A stretch of 64,000 bases of DNA from a virus: IMG/VR virus record IMGVR_UViG_3300045988_170943, positions 320,001-384,000 of that record; one strand, 5' to 3'. The notes beneath the pieces were generated by a model. The model was not told where the DNA came from. It saw only the letters and a list, made by a program, of their open reading frames with translations, and did not search any database. This document shows positions 1 to 11,365 of the stretch, piece after piece. The position numbers and the translations under genes were made by a program. Every line of letters starts with the position of its first letter. Position 1 is the first letter of the stretch.

Positions 1-31
1 TCGCGCCGCCACCGAAGAAAGCGACTAAAAC

Positions 32-949
32 ATGGCAATCACATTCACACAAAAAGACGAAGATCTTGACGACGCCTACCTGTCTAGCGCCCAGCAGGCG
101 TCCTCCGACGGTGACGACGACTCCGTACTATACCAGACCCAGGAAGCGCCATCCCAACCCTACAACCTGGCACCGGTAGAGCCTCCTGTCGCCTCACAGA
201 GCGCATACAGTCCTGAGTTGGCACCAGCGTACACCACACCAGCCGCAGAAGCAACATATGTTGACGCTACCGAGGGCGAGGGAGACTACTACCAAGACTA
301 CGAGGCCAGCCAGTACCCCACCACCTACCAAGACCAAAGCACCTACACACAGCAGGGAGACACGTACCCCAGCAACGAGGCAGGGAGGTACGAGTACGAT
401 ACCCCCGCAACCGTACCCCCAGCCCCCACACCAGAACCGGCCAGGACCTCACCCCCCGCACAGGTAGCCGCCCCGACAGGCCCAAGCCGCAAAGACATCA
501 AGAAATACGACCAGCAGGTCGAATACACATACCGGATCATCAGGATGCTGGACGCATACCGCGGAATCGGCCTCGACGAAAAACGCGCAGTCGGCACAGT
601 CATCTACGACAATGGCGACTTCAGTATGGACACCGAGACCGCTGAGGCTGATCTTATCGTCAGTATCCTCAACGCCGACGACATGGTGGGTATCACCCTC
701 AAGAACCTCCGCGATGCCGCCGAAGAAAAGGATCGAGTGGCCCGCGTATTCATGATCCTGGAACTGCCCGACACCCAGTTGGCTGCACTCGGGGTAATGG
801 CCGCCAGGTTCGTCCCAGAAGGCGTCACATACCAGTACAATGCGCGAGACCGCATCCGATACTCCCGCGAGGTCGAGCAGGCCATTGAAATGATCCCAGA
901 CGTGCAGGTGTCCGACATGTCTGCTGTTGAATCCGTCATCAACGCCTAA
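32..949 (+). CDS. hypothetical protein with an acidic, low-complexity (D/E/Y/Q/T-rich) N-terminal half and a structured C-terminal domain
   Basis: Complete 305-aa ORF. No motif I recognise. Internal overlapping ORFs (258..467 and others) are compositional artefacts. Confidence 0.45.
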   Translation: MAITFTQKDEDLDDAYLSSAQQASSDGDDDSVLYQTQEAPSQPYNLAPVEPPVASQSAYSPELAPAYTTPAAEATYVDATEGEGDYYQDYEASQYPTTYQDQSTYTQQGDTYPSNEAGRYEYDTPATVPPAPTPEPARTSPPAQVAAPTGPSRKDIKKYDQQVEYTYRIIRMLDAYRGIGLDEKRAVGTVIYDNGDFSMDTETAEADLIVSILNADDMVGITLKNLRDAAEEKDRVARVFMILELPDTQLAALGVMAARFVPEGVTYQYNARDRIRYSREVEQAIEMIPDVQVSDMSAVESVINA

Positions 950-1006
950 TCCGACCGGATTGAACCACAAAGACACCCCACTTATCAACCCAGTAGTTTC
1001 GGTAGA

Positions 1007-3727
1007 ATGCGCCATATGACGGCTATCGACTTTGGGATCACAGACTCGGCCGCAACCCCCAAAAAGGAGGAGGCGGCCGAGTCGTTTCCGGTGCCATCAG
1101 ACAATGAGGTCATCGTCAAGACTGACGGCGAAAACATTGACCTATACAGTCGCCACAGTCTCGAAAACACAGACACCGCCAACAACCTGAAACCATTCCG
1201 CCGCATCGTAACCACCAGGGGTGTCAACCACTACCGGACCAGGCTCACTGAAGCGAACGCATTCACCCTCCGATACGGGCTTACTCGACTGGGGAAGCCG
1301 GTCCTGGATGAAGACACAAAACAGGCACTCAAGGGCAAAGCCGACACTGCACCTATGCCATACGCGACCCTGGACGCATCCGGCACCAAAGTCGTTGTCA
1401 CTATCCCACCAGTCCCGCACTACCTGGACATGATTGTCGGCACCATCAACGCCACATTCAAGGACGGTAAACGAGTATTCCCCATCTCCAGGCTACTTAA
1501 CCTCCAGGCCCTCCAAGATAACTATGATGGGCCTCTACCGCCTATCATCCTCAATGATGAGGTCGAACAGATCAACTCCGCCCCCATCCCCGGCTACGAC
1601 GGCACAGTCGAGTCTCTGAGAACCATACCCATCACCGTCCTCAACATTGTCCAGGCTGACATCCAGTCCGGTAAGGAGCGAGGCAAGTCCCGCAAGACAT
1701 TCGCCGAGAAGATGACAAAACTCGGGATCGAGACCCTACACGACCTCCTGTTCTGGGTGCCGCTACGTCACATCTCCAGGCGACACGACCAGGACCTCAC
1801 CGGCATCGTCGAAGGTGAAACAGTCACCATCCTCGGACGTATTCAGTCCATAACACCACTCAACGGGAAAGTCCCCGGAACCAGATTCACTATCACCACA
1901 GACACCGGCCAGGAACTCAAAGCCACCTACTTCAACCAGGCATGGCTCGCCCGAAAATTCAAGGTCGGTGACGAAGTAGTAGCCTCCGGCAAGTGGAAGC
2001 CTTGGAAAGGCACCCCACAGATCAACGGCTCCACCATGGACGCATCCAAGGAGGCGGAGATGATGCCAATCGTCCCCGTCTACCGACAACTACCCAGTAT
2101 CGGACTCACTAGCAGACTCATCCTGTCCGCCGTGAGAGAGATGCTTTCCAGACTCCCCCGGATCGATCCACCAAAGTACCTACAAGGCATACAGGTAGAC
2201 GGCAACAGCACCAGTTACCATGATGCTGTCACAGCCATGCACTTCTGTGAGGACGAGGACCAGTACGATGAGGCCACCGGACTGCTCGCACTCATCGAAG
2301 TCATCTACATGCAACTACTGATCCTCTCCAGCCAGGAAACCAACGCCAGTAAGCGCGCAGTCACCATCACCAGCGGTAGGGGCGGACTCCAGGCCGATGC
2401 CATTAAGGCACTACCATTCAACCTGACCAACGGGCAGAAGAAAGCCCTCGTCAGAATGAACCGGAAGATGGAGTCCACCACACCATCCTCCACCCTACTG
2501 AGCGCAGATGTCGGAGCCGGGAAAACAGTTGTCGCACAAATGACGGCAATGCGAGCCGTCGGCGCGGGAAAGCAGGCCGTCATGCTCGCCCCCACCGATG
2601 TGCTCGCCCGCCAACTGTATGAGTCCACCCTCAACGTCACCAGCAGGCTCAAAGAAAAGACCGGCCAAGACATTGAGGTCACCCTGTTCTCAGGCAGCAT
2701 GAAAGCCGCCCAGAAACGTGAGGCAAAGAAAACCATTGCGGACGGCACCTCACAGATCATCATCGGCACCCACGCCCTCCTATCCAATGATGTCGAGTAC
2801 CACGACTTGGGGTTCATCGCCGTTGATGAGCAGCAAAAGTTCGGTGTAGAACAACGAGAGCGCCTACTGAACTCCCGCTCAGACGGACTGATCCCCCACC
2901 TTATGACTATGACCGCCACCCCCATCCCCCGCAGTACCGCACAAGTGTTCTATGGGGGCATGGATCTCATCGAGTTGAAGGACAAGCCGCCCGGCCGCCT
3001 ACCCATCATCACTCAATGGATCCAGGAGAACCCCATCACCTTCAGTGAGCAGTCCATCAACCCTGTATGGGCTGACATCATCAACGAGGCCCACAAAGGC
3101 AATCAGACATTCGTTATCACCCCACTAGTCAGTGAGTCCAGCAAGGTAGATGCCGCCAGCGTAGACGCCACCACCAAGAACCTCACCAGCCTTCCCCTGT
3201 CTGGTCTCAAGGTAGGGAAAGTTCATGGACAGATGAAGCCCGACGAGCAGCGCAACATCATGCAACAGTTCCGAGACAAGAAGTTCGACGTCCTTGTCGC
3301 ATCCACAGTCGTCGAGGTCGGGGTGGACATCCCAGACGCAACCAGGGTCGTCATCCTGTCCGCAGAACGCCTTGGGGCCGCCTCTCTCCACCAAATCCGG
3401 GGCAGAGTAGGCAGAAACAGCAAACAGTCACGATGCTACCTCATCTCTGAAGGAACCACCAGCAGTGCACAGGCACGCATGAATGCGCTCGTTGACTCCA
3501 ACGATGGGTTCAAGATCGCCCAGAGTGACCTCGGACAGCGCGGTGAAGGGCGCATCTTCGGTACCCAGCAGTCCGGCAACACTGGCATGCTGTTCGCATC
3601 CGTTCTCGGCAGCATGGACAAGATCAGCCAGGCCCAAAAGGTAGCCAGAGATATTTTGGCGTCAGACAGCAGAGGACAAGCGCTAGCGGACGCCCACGCA
3701 TACTTCCACACTGACGAAGGAAAGTAG
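1007..3727 (+). CDS. RecG-like superfamily-2 DNA helicase with wedge/OB domain
   Basis: GAGKT Walker A with RecG-type context (AGKTVVA...LAPTDVLARQ), the VDEQQKFGVEQRE motif (RecG/Mfd DEQHRFG), an N-terminal wedge-like OB region and a C-terminal helicase domain. 906 aa. Confidence 0.75.
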   Translation: MRHMTAIDFGITDSAATPKKEEAAESFPVPSDNEVIVKTDGENIDLYSRHSLENTDTANNLKPFRRIVTTRGVNHYRTRLTEANAFTLRYGLTRLGKPVLDEDTKQALKGKADTAPMPYATLDASGTKVVVTIPPVPHYLDMIVGTINATFKDGKRVFPISRLLNLQALQDNYDGPLPPIILNDEVEQINSAPIPGYDGTVESLRTIPITVLNIVQADIQSGKERGKSRKTFAEKMTKLGIETLHDLLFWVPLRHISRRHDQDLTGIVEGETVTILGRIQSITPLNGKVPGTRFTITTDTGQELKATYFNQAWLARKFKVGDEVVASGKWKPWKGTPQINGSTMDASKEAEMMPIVPVYRQLPSIGLTSRLILSAVREMLSRLPRIDPPKYLQGIQVDGNSTSYHDAVTAMHFCEDEDQYDEATGLLALIEVIYMQLLILSSQETNASKRAVTITSGRGGLQADAIKALPFNLTNGQKKALVRMNRKMESTTPSSTLLSADVGAGKTVVAQMTAMRAVGAGKQAVMLAPTDVLARQLYESTLNVTSRLKEKTGQDIEVTLFSGSMKAAQKREAKKTIADGTSQIIIGTHALLSNDVEYHDLGFIAVDEQQKFGVEQRERLLNSRSDGLIPHLMTMTATPIPRSTAQVFYGGMDLIELKDKPPGRLPIITQWIQENPITFSEQSINPVWADIINEAHKGNQTFVITPLVSESSKVDAASVDATTKNLTSLPLSGLKVGKVHGQMKPDEQRNIMQQFRDKKFDVLVASTVVEVGVDIPDATRVVILSAERLGAASLHQIRGRVGRNSKQSRCYLISEGTTSSAQARMNALVDSNDGFKIAQSDLGQRGEGRIFGTQQSGNTGMLFASVLGSMDKISQAQKVARDILASDSRGQALADAHAYFHTDEGK

Positions 3728-4339
3728 ATGACACTACTTGTTGAATGGCTGACTAGGCTCCGTAAGGAGTACAACACCAACCCCATGCGCCTCCTATGGT
3801 GGATCCTTGGCGTGATCGCAGCAACCACCCTTGGCGGGGTACTCATGGACCTATTTCTACCCTATGGAGGATGGGGCAACATTGCCAGAAGTATCTGGCT
3901 TGCCCCCTCATCAGCCGCTCTGTTCGCCCTCATATATACGGTCGGCCTGTTCCTGCACAACTCGAAGGTGAGAACAGACCCCAACTGGGTGCCTTATCGG
4001 GCGCGGTACTCCCAAAGAACTAGAGTCCAGTACTCCATCATCGCTGGGGCGGTCATGTTCGTCACTGTCTACGCCACAGGCTATCGGGTAGGGTTTACGT
4101 TCATGTCCTCTCTGATCGCCGCCCTCCTCATCTGCTGCGTCGTTTTCTGTCGCTCCACCAGACAAGAACGCTACGATCAGGCAAACGGTGTACAGGACGC
4201 GCGAGACATCGCCACCCAGGTGTACATCTCTGAGAAAATCAGAAAGCATAATGAGCAAAAGCGACGCAAGAAAGCACTGAAAGCCAACCGGTCCAGGCGT
4301 TGGCCATTCCGTGGGACACTGGGCGACGAAGATATCTGA
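3728..4339 (+). CDS. hypothetical membrane protein
   Basis: Start ATG overlaps the upstream stop. Several hydrophobic helices and a basic C-terminal tail. Confidence 0.4.
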   Translation: MTLLVEWLTRLRKEYNTNPMRLLWWILGVIAATTLGGVLMDLFLPYGGWGNIARSIWLAPSSAALFALIYTVGLFLHNSKVRTDPNWVPYRARYSQRTRVQYSIIAGAVMFVTVYATGYRVGFTFMSSLIAALLICCVVFCRSTRQERYDQANGVQDARDIATQVYISEKIRKHNEQKRRKKALKANRSRRWPFRGTLGDEDI

Positions 4340-4504
4340 ACTTTGAGCGTATCCAGAACGTAAACACGTCTCCTGCTGAGCCGCCCCAGAGCCCGGATGA
4401 GTCTCTGGGGCGGCTTCCTTGTACCTGGATGCAGTGAGGGCACCCCGCCGCATAACAACTTCTCAGCACTCCAGCAGAAGTAACCAACCTGCCCCCTACA
4501 GGTA

Positions 4505-4534
4505 GTGACACACCCCACTTGGACGTGTTAGAAT
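4505..4534 (+). promoter_or_regulatory. sigma70-like promoter GTGACA-N18-TAGAAT upstream of nrdE
   Basis: Matches the N18-spacer promoter family found throughout this window, with a weaker -35 than the others. Confidence 0.4.
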
Positions 4535-4635
4535 ACACTCCACTAACCATAGGACCATAGAGTCAAACCCAGTCAGGTAGACAACACCACAGGGGCAAGA
4601 CTCCAGCACGAACACGGACAAAAGGACACACCGCC

Positions 4636-6816
4636 TTGACCGCAGAAGCAAACAACAACCTCGACTACGACGAGACCCCCCGCGAGCCCGCCCTCGACTA
4701 CCACGCCCTCAACGCTAAACTGAACCTCGTCGGAGACGACGGCAAACTTCAGTTAGACGCCGACCATGAGGCGGCCAGGCAGTTCTTCCTCCAGCACGTC
4801 AACCACAACACCGTATACTTTGACGACCTGGAAAAAAAGATAGACTATCTCATCACCAACCACTACTACGAACGCGAGTTCATCGAACAGTACGACTGGG
4901 CATTCGTCAAAGACCTGTACAAGCGAGCCTACTCCTACAAGTTCCGATTCCCCACCTTCATGGGCGCCTTCAAGTACTACTCCTCCTACACGCTCAAAAC
5001 CTTCGATGGCAAACGCTACCTGGAGCGATACGAAGACCGAGTAGTCGCCAACGCCCTCTACCTCGGGCGTGGAGACCAAGAACTAGCCACCAGCATTCTC
5101 GATGAGATCATGACTGGCCGCTACCAGCCCGCCACCCCCACCTTCCTTAACGCCGGGAAAGCACAACGTGGCGAACTAGTGTCGTGCTTCCTAACCAGGG
5201 TGGAAGACAACCTGGAATCCATCAGCCGTGCCATTACAAACGCCCTACAACTGTCCAAACGAGGCGGCGGAGTAGCCCTCCTACTCACCAACATTCGTGA
5301 AACCGGTGCACCCATCAAGCGCATCGAGAACCAGTCCAGCGGAATCGTGCCTGTCATGAAACTACTGGAGGACTCATTCTCCTATGCCAACCAGTTAGGT
5401 GCCCGCCAAGGAGCAGGAGCCGTCTACCTCAGCGCCCACCACCCCGACATCATGAAGTTCCTCGACACCAAGCGAGAGAACGCCGACGAGAAGATCCGCA
5501 TCAAGACCCTCTCTCTGGGTGTCGTTATCCCAGACATCACCTTCGAGTTGGCTAAGAACAACGACGACATGTACCTGTTCAGCCCCTATGATGTCGAACG
5601 AGTCTACGGCACACCCATGTCAGACATCTCGATCACCGAGAAGTACCGCGAGATGGTGGAGAACCCGGATATCAGGAAGACCAAGATCAAGGCCCGACGG
5701 CTCTTCCAGGTCATCGCAGAGATCTCAATGGAGTCAGGATACCCCTATCTTCTGTTCGAGGACACCGCTACCAAGGCGAACCCTCTAAACGGGCGCATCA
5801 ACATGTCCAACCTCTGTAGCGAGATACTTCAGGTAAATGAGGCATCCGAGTACCATCCTAATGGTTCTTACAGTCACGTTGGCAAGGATATCTCCTGCAA
5901 CCTAGGCAGTCTGAACATCGCCAAGACGTTCGACAGCCCAGACTTCGCCAAAACCATCGAAACCGGAATCCGGGCACTCACATCCGTCAGTGACCTATCC
6001 AACATCGATGCTGTACCATCAGTTGAAAACGGAAACCACAGCACCCACAGCATTGGACTCGGAATGATGAACCTACACGGGTTCCTCGCACGCGAACATA
6101 TCCACTATGACTCTCCTGAGGCGGTAGAGTTCGCCGGACTGTTCGCATATGCATTCAACTACTGGTCTATTGTCGCATCAAACAAGATCGCAAAAGAAAC
6201 AGGACAGGTATTTGACGGGTTCGACACCAGCGAATACGCTAACGGCACCTATTTCAATAAATACATTGAGAAGAACTGGAGACACACCACCTCACCCAAA
6301 ATCTCGGCACTGCTAGGAAGAAGTAGCATCTACTTGCCTACACAAGCCGACTGGGAGAAATTAAAGAATGACGTGATGGAGAATGGACTATATAATGGGT
6401 ATCGCCTATGCATCCCCCCAACGGGGAGCATCAGTTACCTGAATTATTCCACCGCATCAATTCACCCAATCATCTCTCCAATTGAAATTAGAAAGGAAGG
6501 AAAGTTGGGTCGAGTTTATGCCCCAGCACCCTATCTTTCTGATGACACTCTGCCTTTCTATCGTGATGCGTACAAGATTGGCCCTGAGGCAATCATCGAC
6601 ATCTATGCGGCCATGACCCCACACATCGACCAGGGTTTGAGCCTCACATTGTTCTGGCCGGACACTGCAACCACGCGAGACATGAACAAGGCGTACATCT
6701 ATGCATGGCGCAAGGGGATCAAGACAATCTACTATGCCCGCATCCGCCAACTGGCTCTTGAAGGCACTCAGGTAGAGGGTACTGCCGCCGGGTACTGCGA
6801 GTCCTGCCAGTTGTGA
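4636..6816 (+). CDS. nrdE: ribonucleoside-diphosphate reductase alpha subunit, class Ib (NrdE-like)
   Basis: Near-colinear similarity to NrdE over the full length (DYHALNA N-terminus, NLCSEI active site, C-terminal GYCESCQL tail). No ATP cone. TTG start. Confidence 0.92.
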   Translation: MTAEANNNLDYDETPREPALDYHALNAKLNLVGDDGKLQLDADHEAARQFFLQHVNHNTVYFDDLEKKIDYLITNHYYEREFIEQYDWAFVKDLYKRAYSYKFRFPTFMGAFKYYSSYTLKTFDGKRYLERYEDRVVANALYLGRGDQELATSILDEIMTGRYQPATPTFLNAGKAQRGELVSCFLTRVEDNLESISRAITNALQLSKRGGGVALLLTNIRETGAPIKRIENQSSGIVPVMKLLEDSFSYANQLGARQGAGAVYLSAHHPDIMKFLDTKRENADEKIRIKTLSLGVVIPDITFELAKNNDDMYLFSPYDVERVYGTPMSDISITEKYREMVENPDIRKTKIKARRLFQVIAEISMESGYPYLLFEDTATKANPLNGRINMSNLCSEILQVNEASEYHPNGSYSHVGKDISCNLGSLNIAKTFDSPDFAKTIETGIRALTSVSDLSNIDAVPSVENGNHSTHSIGLGMMNLHGFLAREHIHYDSPEAVEFAGLFAYAFNYWSIVASNKIAKETGQVFDGFDTSEYANGTYFNKYIEKNWRHTTSPKISALLGRSSIYLPTQADWEKLKNDVMENGLYNGYRLCIPPTGSISYLNYSTASIHPIISPIEIRKEGKLGRVYAPAPYLSDDTLPFYRDAYKIGPEAIIDIYAAMTPHIDQGLSLTLFWPDTATTRDMNKAYIYAWRKGIKTIYYARIRQLALEGTQVEGTAAGYCESCQL

Positions 6817-6843
6817 TGCTGACACAATGTCGGTAGGTATCTG

Positions 6844-6892
6844 AACTCGAACCGCGCCCTCATCTTGCACATGCAGGGCGCGGTTCGAGTTT
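6844..6892 (+). terminator. stem-loop with perfect 17-bp inverted repeat downstream of nrdE
   Basis: aactcgaaccgcgccct ... agggcgcggttcgagtt, followed by ttcgtt. Confidence 0.6.
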
Positions 6893-7085
6893 CGTTACAA
6901 TCCTCCCGTTTTCTCGCGTTGAGTTAAGAAGTGAGGGTAATGTGTTGGGTGCTACGATGTTGTTTCAGTTCGACGATGATGGGGCGCTGGCGGCGTTGAG
7001 TACTGGGTCGTCGTCTGGCTGGGTATGATGAGTGCAGGTATCAACGTCTGTTGACCGATGTAGACCTTCTGAAAGGGGATGTGAG

Positions 7086-7661
7086 ATGTCTGAGAGCGTG
7101 GTTACTCCTAACATACCATCCTCTGGTTGTGGCTCGGGCGTGTCTGCAAGTCAGGACCTACCAGCGCCTCGTCAGGATGTTAGGGTTCAGGGCTCTCCAA
7201 GCGATCAATTGGGTTATGGTGGCGACAGACAGGTGCCCACCCCTGGGTCTCCCCCTAACTTCACTATTCCAACTCTGAAGGGTTGGTCGGCCGAGAAATT
7301 CTACAACTACCACGAGCAGGTTATTGACTATGAAGACCTGAAGCGTCTGAATGAGTCAATCAATGAGGCTCGTATGGGCCTGTTTCGGGTGACTGACACG
7401 ATCAATTACTATGATCGTGAGGAGCGTCGCCTGAAGGTGATCTATGATCGTGCGTGGCGTCGCGCCTATATTGAATCCAATGGGCGCACTGACAAGGAGC
7501 GCCAGTATCGTGCAGACATGGTGTGCGAGTCCATGGAAGACGACTGGATCGTGGCGTCACAGTTGAAGGCGGAACTGATTAAGGTATCTCAAACGATCCG
7601 CATGGAGTTAGAGACTTTACAGTCGATTGGAAACAATCTCCGCCAGCAGATGAAGATGTGA
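7086..7661 (+). CDS. hypothetical protein
   Basis: ORF track starts at 7032. ATG at 7086 is preferred because it follows aaagggga. Pro/Ser-rich N-terminus and a charged helical C-terminus. Confidence 0.4.
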   Translation: MSESVVTPNIPSSGCGSGVSASQDLPAPRQDVRVQGSPSDQLGYGGDRQVPTPGSPPNFTIPTLKGWSAEKFYNYHEQVIDYEDLKRLNESINEARMGLFRVTDTINYYDREERRLKVIYDRAWRRAYIESNGRTDKERQYRADMVCESMEDDWIVASQLKAELIKVSQTIRMELETLQSIGNNLRQQMKM

Positions 7662-7673
7662 GTAGGTGCGGTT

Positions 7674-8306
7674 TTGTCTGGTAGTGGTTCTAGTGCAGTG
7701 ACGCCTGGGCGGGCACGTAAGCGTAGCCGTGGGCTGGATGCTGCGACTTGGGGCGTGGTTCGACGTGCCCTGGTTATTGTTGGTGCTACTGTGGCTGCGG
7801 TAACTGCTGTGTCCTTGATCCTTCTGGCGGCCGTCCCGGCTTTTGGTGTGTCGGTGTGGACTGTTCTGGGATCGTCGATGGAACCCACCCTGGATGATGG
7901 GTCCATAGTGGCTGTCCGCAACAGTGACAGGCCGATCCAGCACGGCGAGATCGTGGTGGTTGGCAAACCGGAGTCCTGGTATCGTGAGGGGAAGGACGCA
8001 TCTAGTCACCGCGACGTACTGGTGAAGCGAGTGGCGGCTGTCCCTGGTGATACCTTGGAGGTCGTGGGTGGTGAGATCCTGGTGAATGGCGCGGTGATCT
8101 ACTCCTTGAAGGAGTCAGGGTACCCATGTCCGGCTGTGACTGGTGACTACAGGCACACGTTGGGGGACAGTGAAGTGATGGTGCTGGGTGACAATGCGTT
8201 CTTTTCTCTGGACTCACGTAAGGTGATGTGCACGATGGGCACTGGCGGCATGTTCGTGGATGCGAGGCAGGTTCGGGCTCACGGTAGGATCCTAGCGAGC
8301 ACCTGA
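7674..8306 (+). CDS. signal peptidase I (S26 family, Gram-positive SipS type)
   Basis: N-terminal TM helix, catalytic-Ser motif LGSSMEPTL, Lys box VLVKRVAAVPGDT and C-terminal GDN...SxDSR. GTG start. Confidence 0.7.
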   Translation: MSGSGSSAVTPGRARKRSRGLDAATWGVVRRALVIVGATVAAVTAVSLILLAAVPAFGVSVWTVLGSSMEPTLDDGSIVAVRNSDRPIQHGEIVVVGKPESWYREGKDASSHRDVLVKRVAAVPGDTLEVVGGEILVNGAVIYSLKESGYPCPAVTGDYRHTLGDSEVMVLGDNAFFSLDSRKVMCTMGTGGMFVDARQVRAHGRILAST

Positions 8307-8410
8307 CGCTCCCCTGAACTCGCCTGCCCTACTTGTTCACGCACTTAGGTAGATGGGAAGTGTAGGGCCGGAGGCGACACTGGGACGGACGACTACAGGA
8401 GGGGCACTAT

Positions 8411-9409
8411 ATGAGTGACAGTGGCGGCAGTGTTAGTAGCACCCATGGTTTGCGTGTCGCTTTGGTCCTAGATAAGTCTGAGACGTGGGTGCGGTTCAAA
8501 CGCGACGAGGTACTGGCCTCATGGGGCGTGGCTGGTGGCGAAGTGGAGTACACGGACAGTGTTGCCACTGCTGGCGTCACTAACATGTTCGGTGACGTGA
8601 TCACACCTGTGGTACACCTGAAGGATGCGACCCATGCGAAACGCATCTTAGGTGAACTGGAAGGTTTGTGGGACTTGGGCGTGAGTGCCAGCGTGCTGAT
8701 CGTTGGTACGGTTGCCAGAAACTCCACGAAACGCCTGGAGAAAATGGTGGCAGATCTTGGCGGTAGCGTTCATCTGGCGAGACAGAACAGTCGGGACAAG
8801 ACAAACCCCGCCAGCGAAGTGATCGACGCCCTGCACGTGTCTCAAGAGGTGAAAACCTTCCTTCGTGACTACGCGGGGGATGACTACTCCCTGATCCTGG
8901 GTGTCGCACGGTCATTGTCCACGTTGACGCCGCAGCAACAGGCACGTATCGGCCTGGAAGATGTGGCTATCCGCTTACCGAAGGCTCCTGGTGCTGTACC
9001 TCCATGGGAGATCGACAAGCCTCTGTTCATTCAGCCTGACCCAGACCGCACGGTGAAGATGTTTCGGCGTATCATTGTGCACACGCATCATCTGGTCGTT
9101 CTGTTGCTGTTGAAGGCGAAGTTGCAGACCGCGCATCTCTCGCTCAGGTTGAAGTTGTTGGGGATGACGCAGCCCACTGATATCGCTGACGCGCTTGGGG
9201 TGGCGAACAACTACCAGTTCAAGGCCGCCACCCAGTTGGGGGACCGCCTGGGCGTAGCACTCACCAAGAGGCTGCTGGATGAGGTGTTGGAGGTGGAGGC
9301 TCAAGTGAAGGGTGGCTCCAGGATTGATGGTAACGCTTTGGTAGAGATGGCTTTGTTGCGTATATGTCTGTTGGTAAAGCATCACATGGAGCATACTGGT
9401 CAGAGGTGA
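8411..9409 (+). CDS. hypothetical protein (weak resemblance to clamp-loader delta-type helical domains)
   Basis: aggagg RBS 9 nt upstream. 332 aa. No decisive motif. Confidence 0.35.
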   Translation: MSDSGGSVSSTHGLRVALVLDKSETWVRFKRDEVLASWGVAGGEVEYTDSVATAGVTNMFGDVITPVVHLKDATHAKRILGELEGLWDLGVSASVLIVGTVARNSTKRLEKMVADLGGSVHLARQNSRDKTNPASEVIDALHVSQEVKTFLRDYAGDDYSLILGVARSLSTLTPQQQARIGLEDVAIRLPKAPGAVPPWEIDKPLFIQPDPDRTVKMFRRIIVHTHHLVVLLLLKAKLQTAHLSLRLKLLGMTQPTDIADALGVANNYQFKAATQLGDRLGVALTKRLLDEVLEVEAQVKGGSRIDGNALVEMALLRICLLVKHHMEHTGQR

Positions 9410-9588
9410 CGACCTTCATAGCGCGGTGGCATGGGGTACAATAGGCGACAGAAGCCAACTGCTAGAACGACACAAACCTCAACTTGACACTTCCCCACAC
9501 ACTCAACATCCTTCAAAACAAGTGGCAACACCTATTGATGCCGCATGTTTAGGGTGCAAGACAGGGGAGGACAAGGGCGTAAGGGTGG

Positions 9589-11208
9589 TTGGTGTACCTA
9601 CTCTTTTTCGACTCGGAGGAAAGACCGCTCGTGCCAACTAAGACACAGAACTCCCTGAACAAAGTACGAGAAAGGCGCTCAACCTCCCTCAACAAAATTC
9701 TCAACGACCCCTACATCGGGTACGGCAGTATCCAGGAGGCATCTAACGACTGCAAGGGGTCATCCCAGGTGGAGGTCCTGTGCAGGCTGCTCAATAGGGA
9801 AAACCTGTTCATCTCCGGCCCAGCAGGTTCAGGCAAGACTACCATCATCAAGCGTTTTATCGACCTCATCGACGCAATCTATGGCGGGGTGTTCAACATC
9901 GCCGTTACCGCCACCACAGGACTCGCAGCAACCAACGTCGGCGGTAGAACCATCCACTCCTGGAGCGGACTAGGCGTCATGGAAGAACCCTTCAACCTCA
10001 GTGCGCTACGCAAGTCCGGCAAACTCATGAGAATGAGCGCAGCCAGGACACGAGCACGATACTGCGACGTGCTCATCATCGACGAGATCAGTATGCTGCA
10101 CGCCTACTACCTGGACAACCTGGACGCCTTCATGAAGTACGCGCGCCGCAGCCAGGAGCCCTTCGGCGGGGTGCAGGTCGTATTCCTTGGGGACTTCATG
10201 CAGTTGCCGCCAGTCGCCCCCAGGGAACCCCTGGAGGGACTGAACTACGGGTTCGCCATCCAATCCAAAGCATGGATGGAAGCCAACATTCAACACTGCT
10301 ACTTGGACAAGATCCACAGGGCGGAGGACCCAGAACTCAAGCACCTACTGTTCTGCATCGAGCGTGAACGCATGGATGACCGTGCAATCAAAGTCATCGA
10401 ACGGTGCAAGCATAACGGCAAAGACTCGGACAAGGTGTACACCACCCTGTTCACTACGAACCGGAACGTTGACACCTACAACAACGACCGACTGGACGAG
10501 AACCCCAACCCAGCCAAGAACTTCAAGACAATAAAACTCCTAGGATCAGCCAAGGATCTAGAGGCACTGAAACGAGATCACAACATCCCCGAGACAGTGC
10601 GACTGAAGAAGGGCGCAACCGTGATCGTGACCCGCAACCTCACCACCCCCGATGGAGACCTCCTGGCGGCAAACGGGTCCGTCGGCAAGGTTGAAACGTT
10701 CCACAACGGCGACGTTCAAGTCCGCCTCAACGACGGCAGTGTCGTCGATGTCTCCAAGCAACGAGCATCCATCAGCAAACGGAAGACCACCAAGAACGAG
10801 GACGGGGAAACCATCACCTTCGACGAGGAGACGGCAGCAGTCCTCTACATGCCCCTGAAACTGGGGTACGCGATCACCGTCCACAAATCACAGGGGCAGA
10901 CCCTTGACGGTATCGAGGTTGACCTGTCCAGGTGCTTCTCACCTGGCCTGGGGTACGTGGCGCTGTCCAGAGTGCGTAACGCTGACAGTATGGTCATCTC
11001 CAAGATCAATGATGACGCCTTCAGGGTGAACCCCCTATGTAAACAGATCAGCACTTTTGTGAAGCGCAAGTCGGTTGATGGCCGCAAGGAGTTCCTGACC
11101 CACCAGGGTGATTATGAGCCTCTGCTGACTGGTGGTGCAGCCCTGTCTGAGAAGTGGGACGTTCTTGAGTCTGGTACGGAACGTCAGGAGCGAGCAAAGA
11201 AGAAGTGA
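9589..11208 (+). CDS. PIF1/RecD-like 5'-3' DNA helicase
   Basis: GPAGSGKTT Walker A, LIIDEISML, VVFLGDFMQLPPV and YAITVHKSQGQTLD motifs of the AAA_30/UvrD_C_2 (Pif1/RecD) architecture. Confidence 0.75.
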   Translation: MVYLLFFDSEERPLVPTKTQNSLNKVRERRSTSLNKILNDPYIGYGSIQEASNDCKGSSQVEVLCRLLNRENLFISGPAGSGKTTIIKRFIDLIDAIYGGVFNIAVTATTGLAATNVGGRTIHSWSGLGVMEEPFNLSALRKSGKLMRMSAARTRARYCDVLIIDEISMLHAYYLDNLDAFMKYARRSQEPFGGVQVVFLGDFMQLPPVAPREPLEGLNYGFAIQSKAWMEANIQHCYLDKIHRAEDPELKHLLFCIERERMDDRAIKVIERCKHNGKDSDKVYTTLFTTNRNVDTYNNDRLDENPNPAKNFKTIKLLGSAKDLEALKRDHNIPETVRLKKGATVIVTRNLTTPDGDLLAANGSVGKVETFHNGDVQVRLNDGSVVDVSKQRASISKRKTTKNEDGETITFDEETAAVLYMPLKLGYAITVHKSQGQTLDGIEVDLSRCFSPGLGYVALSRVRNADSMVISKINDDAFRVNPLCKQISTFVKRKSVDGRKEFLTHQGDYEPLLTGGAALSEKWDVLESGTERQERAKKK

Positions 11209-11365
11209 CATTTGGGTGGGTTAATATACCACACTCTCCTGTAACGAACCTGTAACCATCCTGGGTTCCGGCTGGTAACCACAGCAGGTCTTTGGTAGGA
11301 TGCGCTGGAGTTATGTCAAGACTTTTAAACACTTGACACCCCAGTAGTGGTCAGAAGGAGAGAAT

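Noticed and set aside
258-1015. Several overlapping ORFs (258..467, 267..485-, 343..603-, 449..1015-, 604..942-) inside the first gene
   Set aside because: All are embedded in or antisense to the 32..949 ORF and have Pro/Arg/Gly-rich antisense-type composition.
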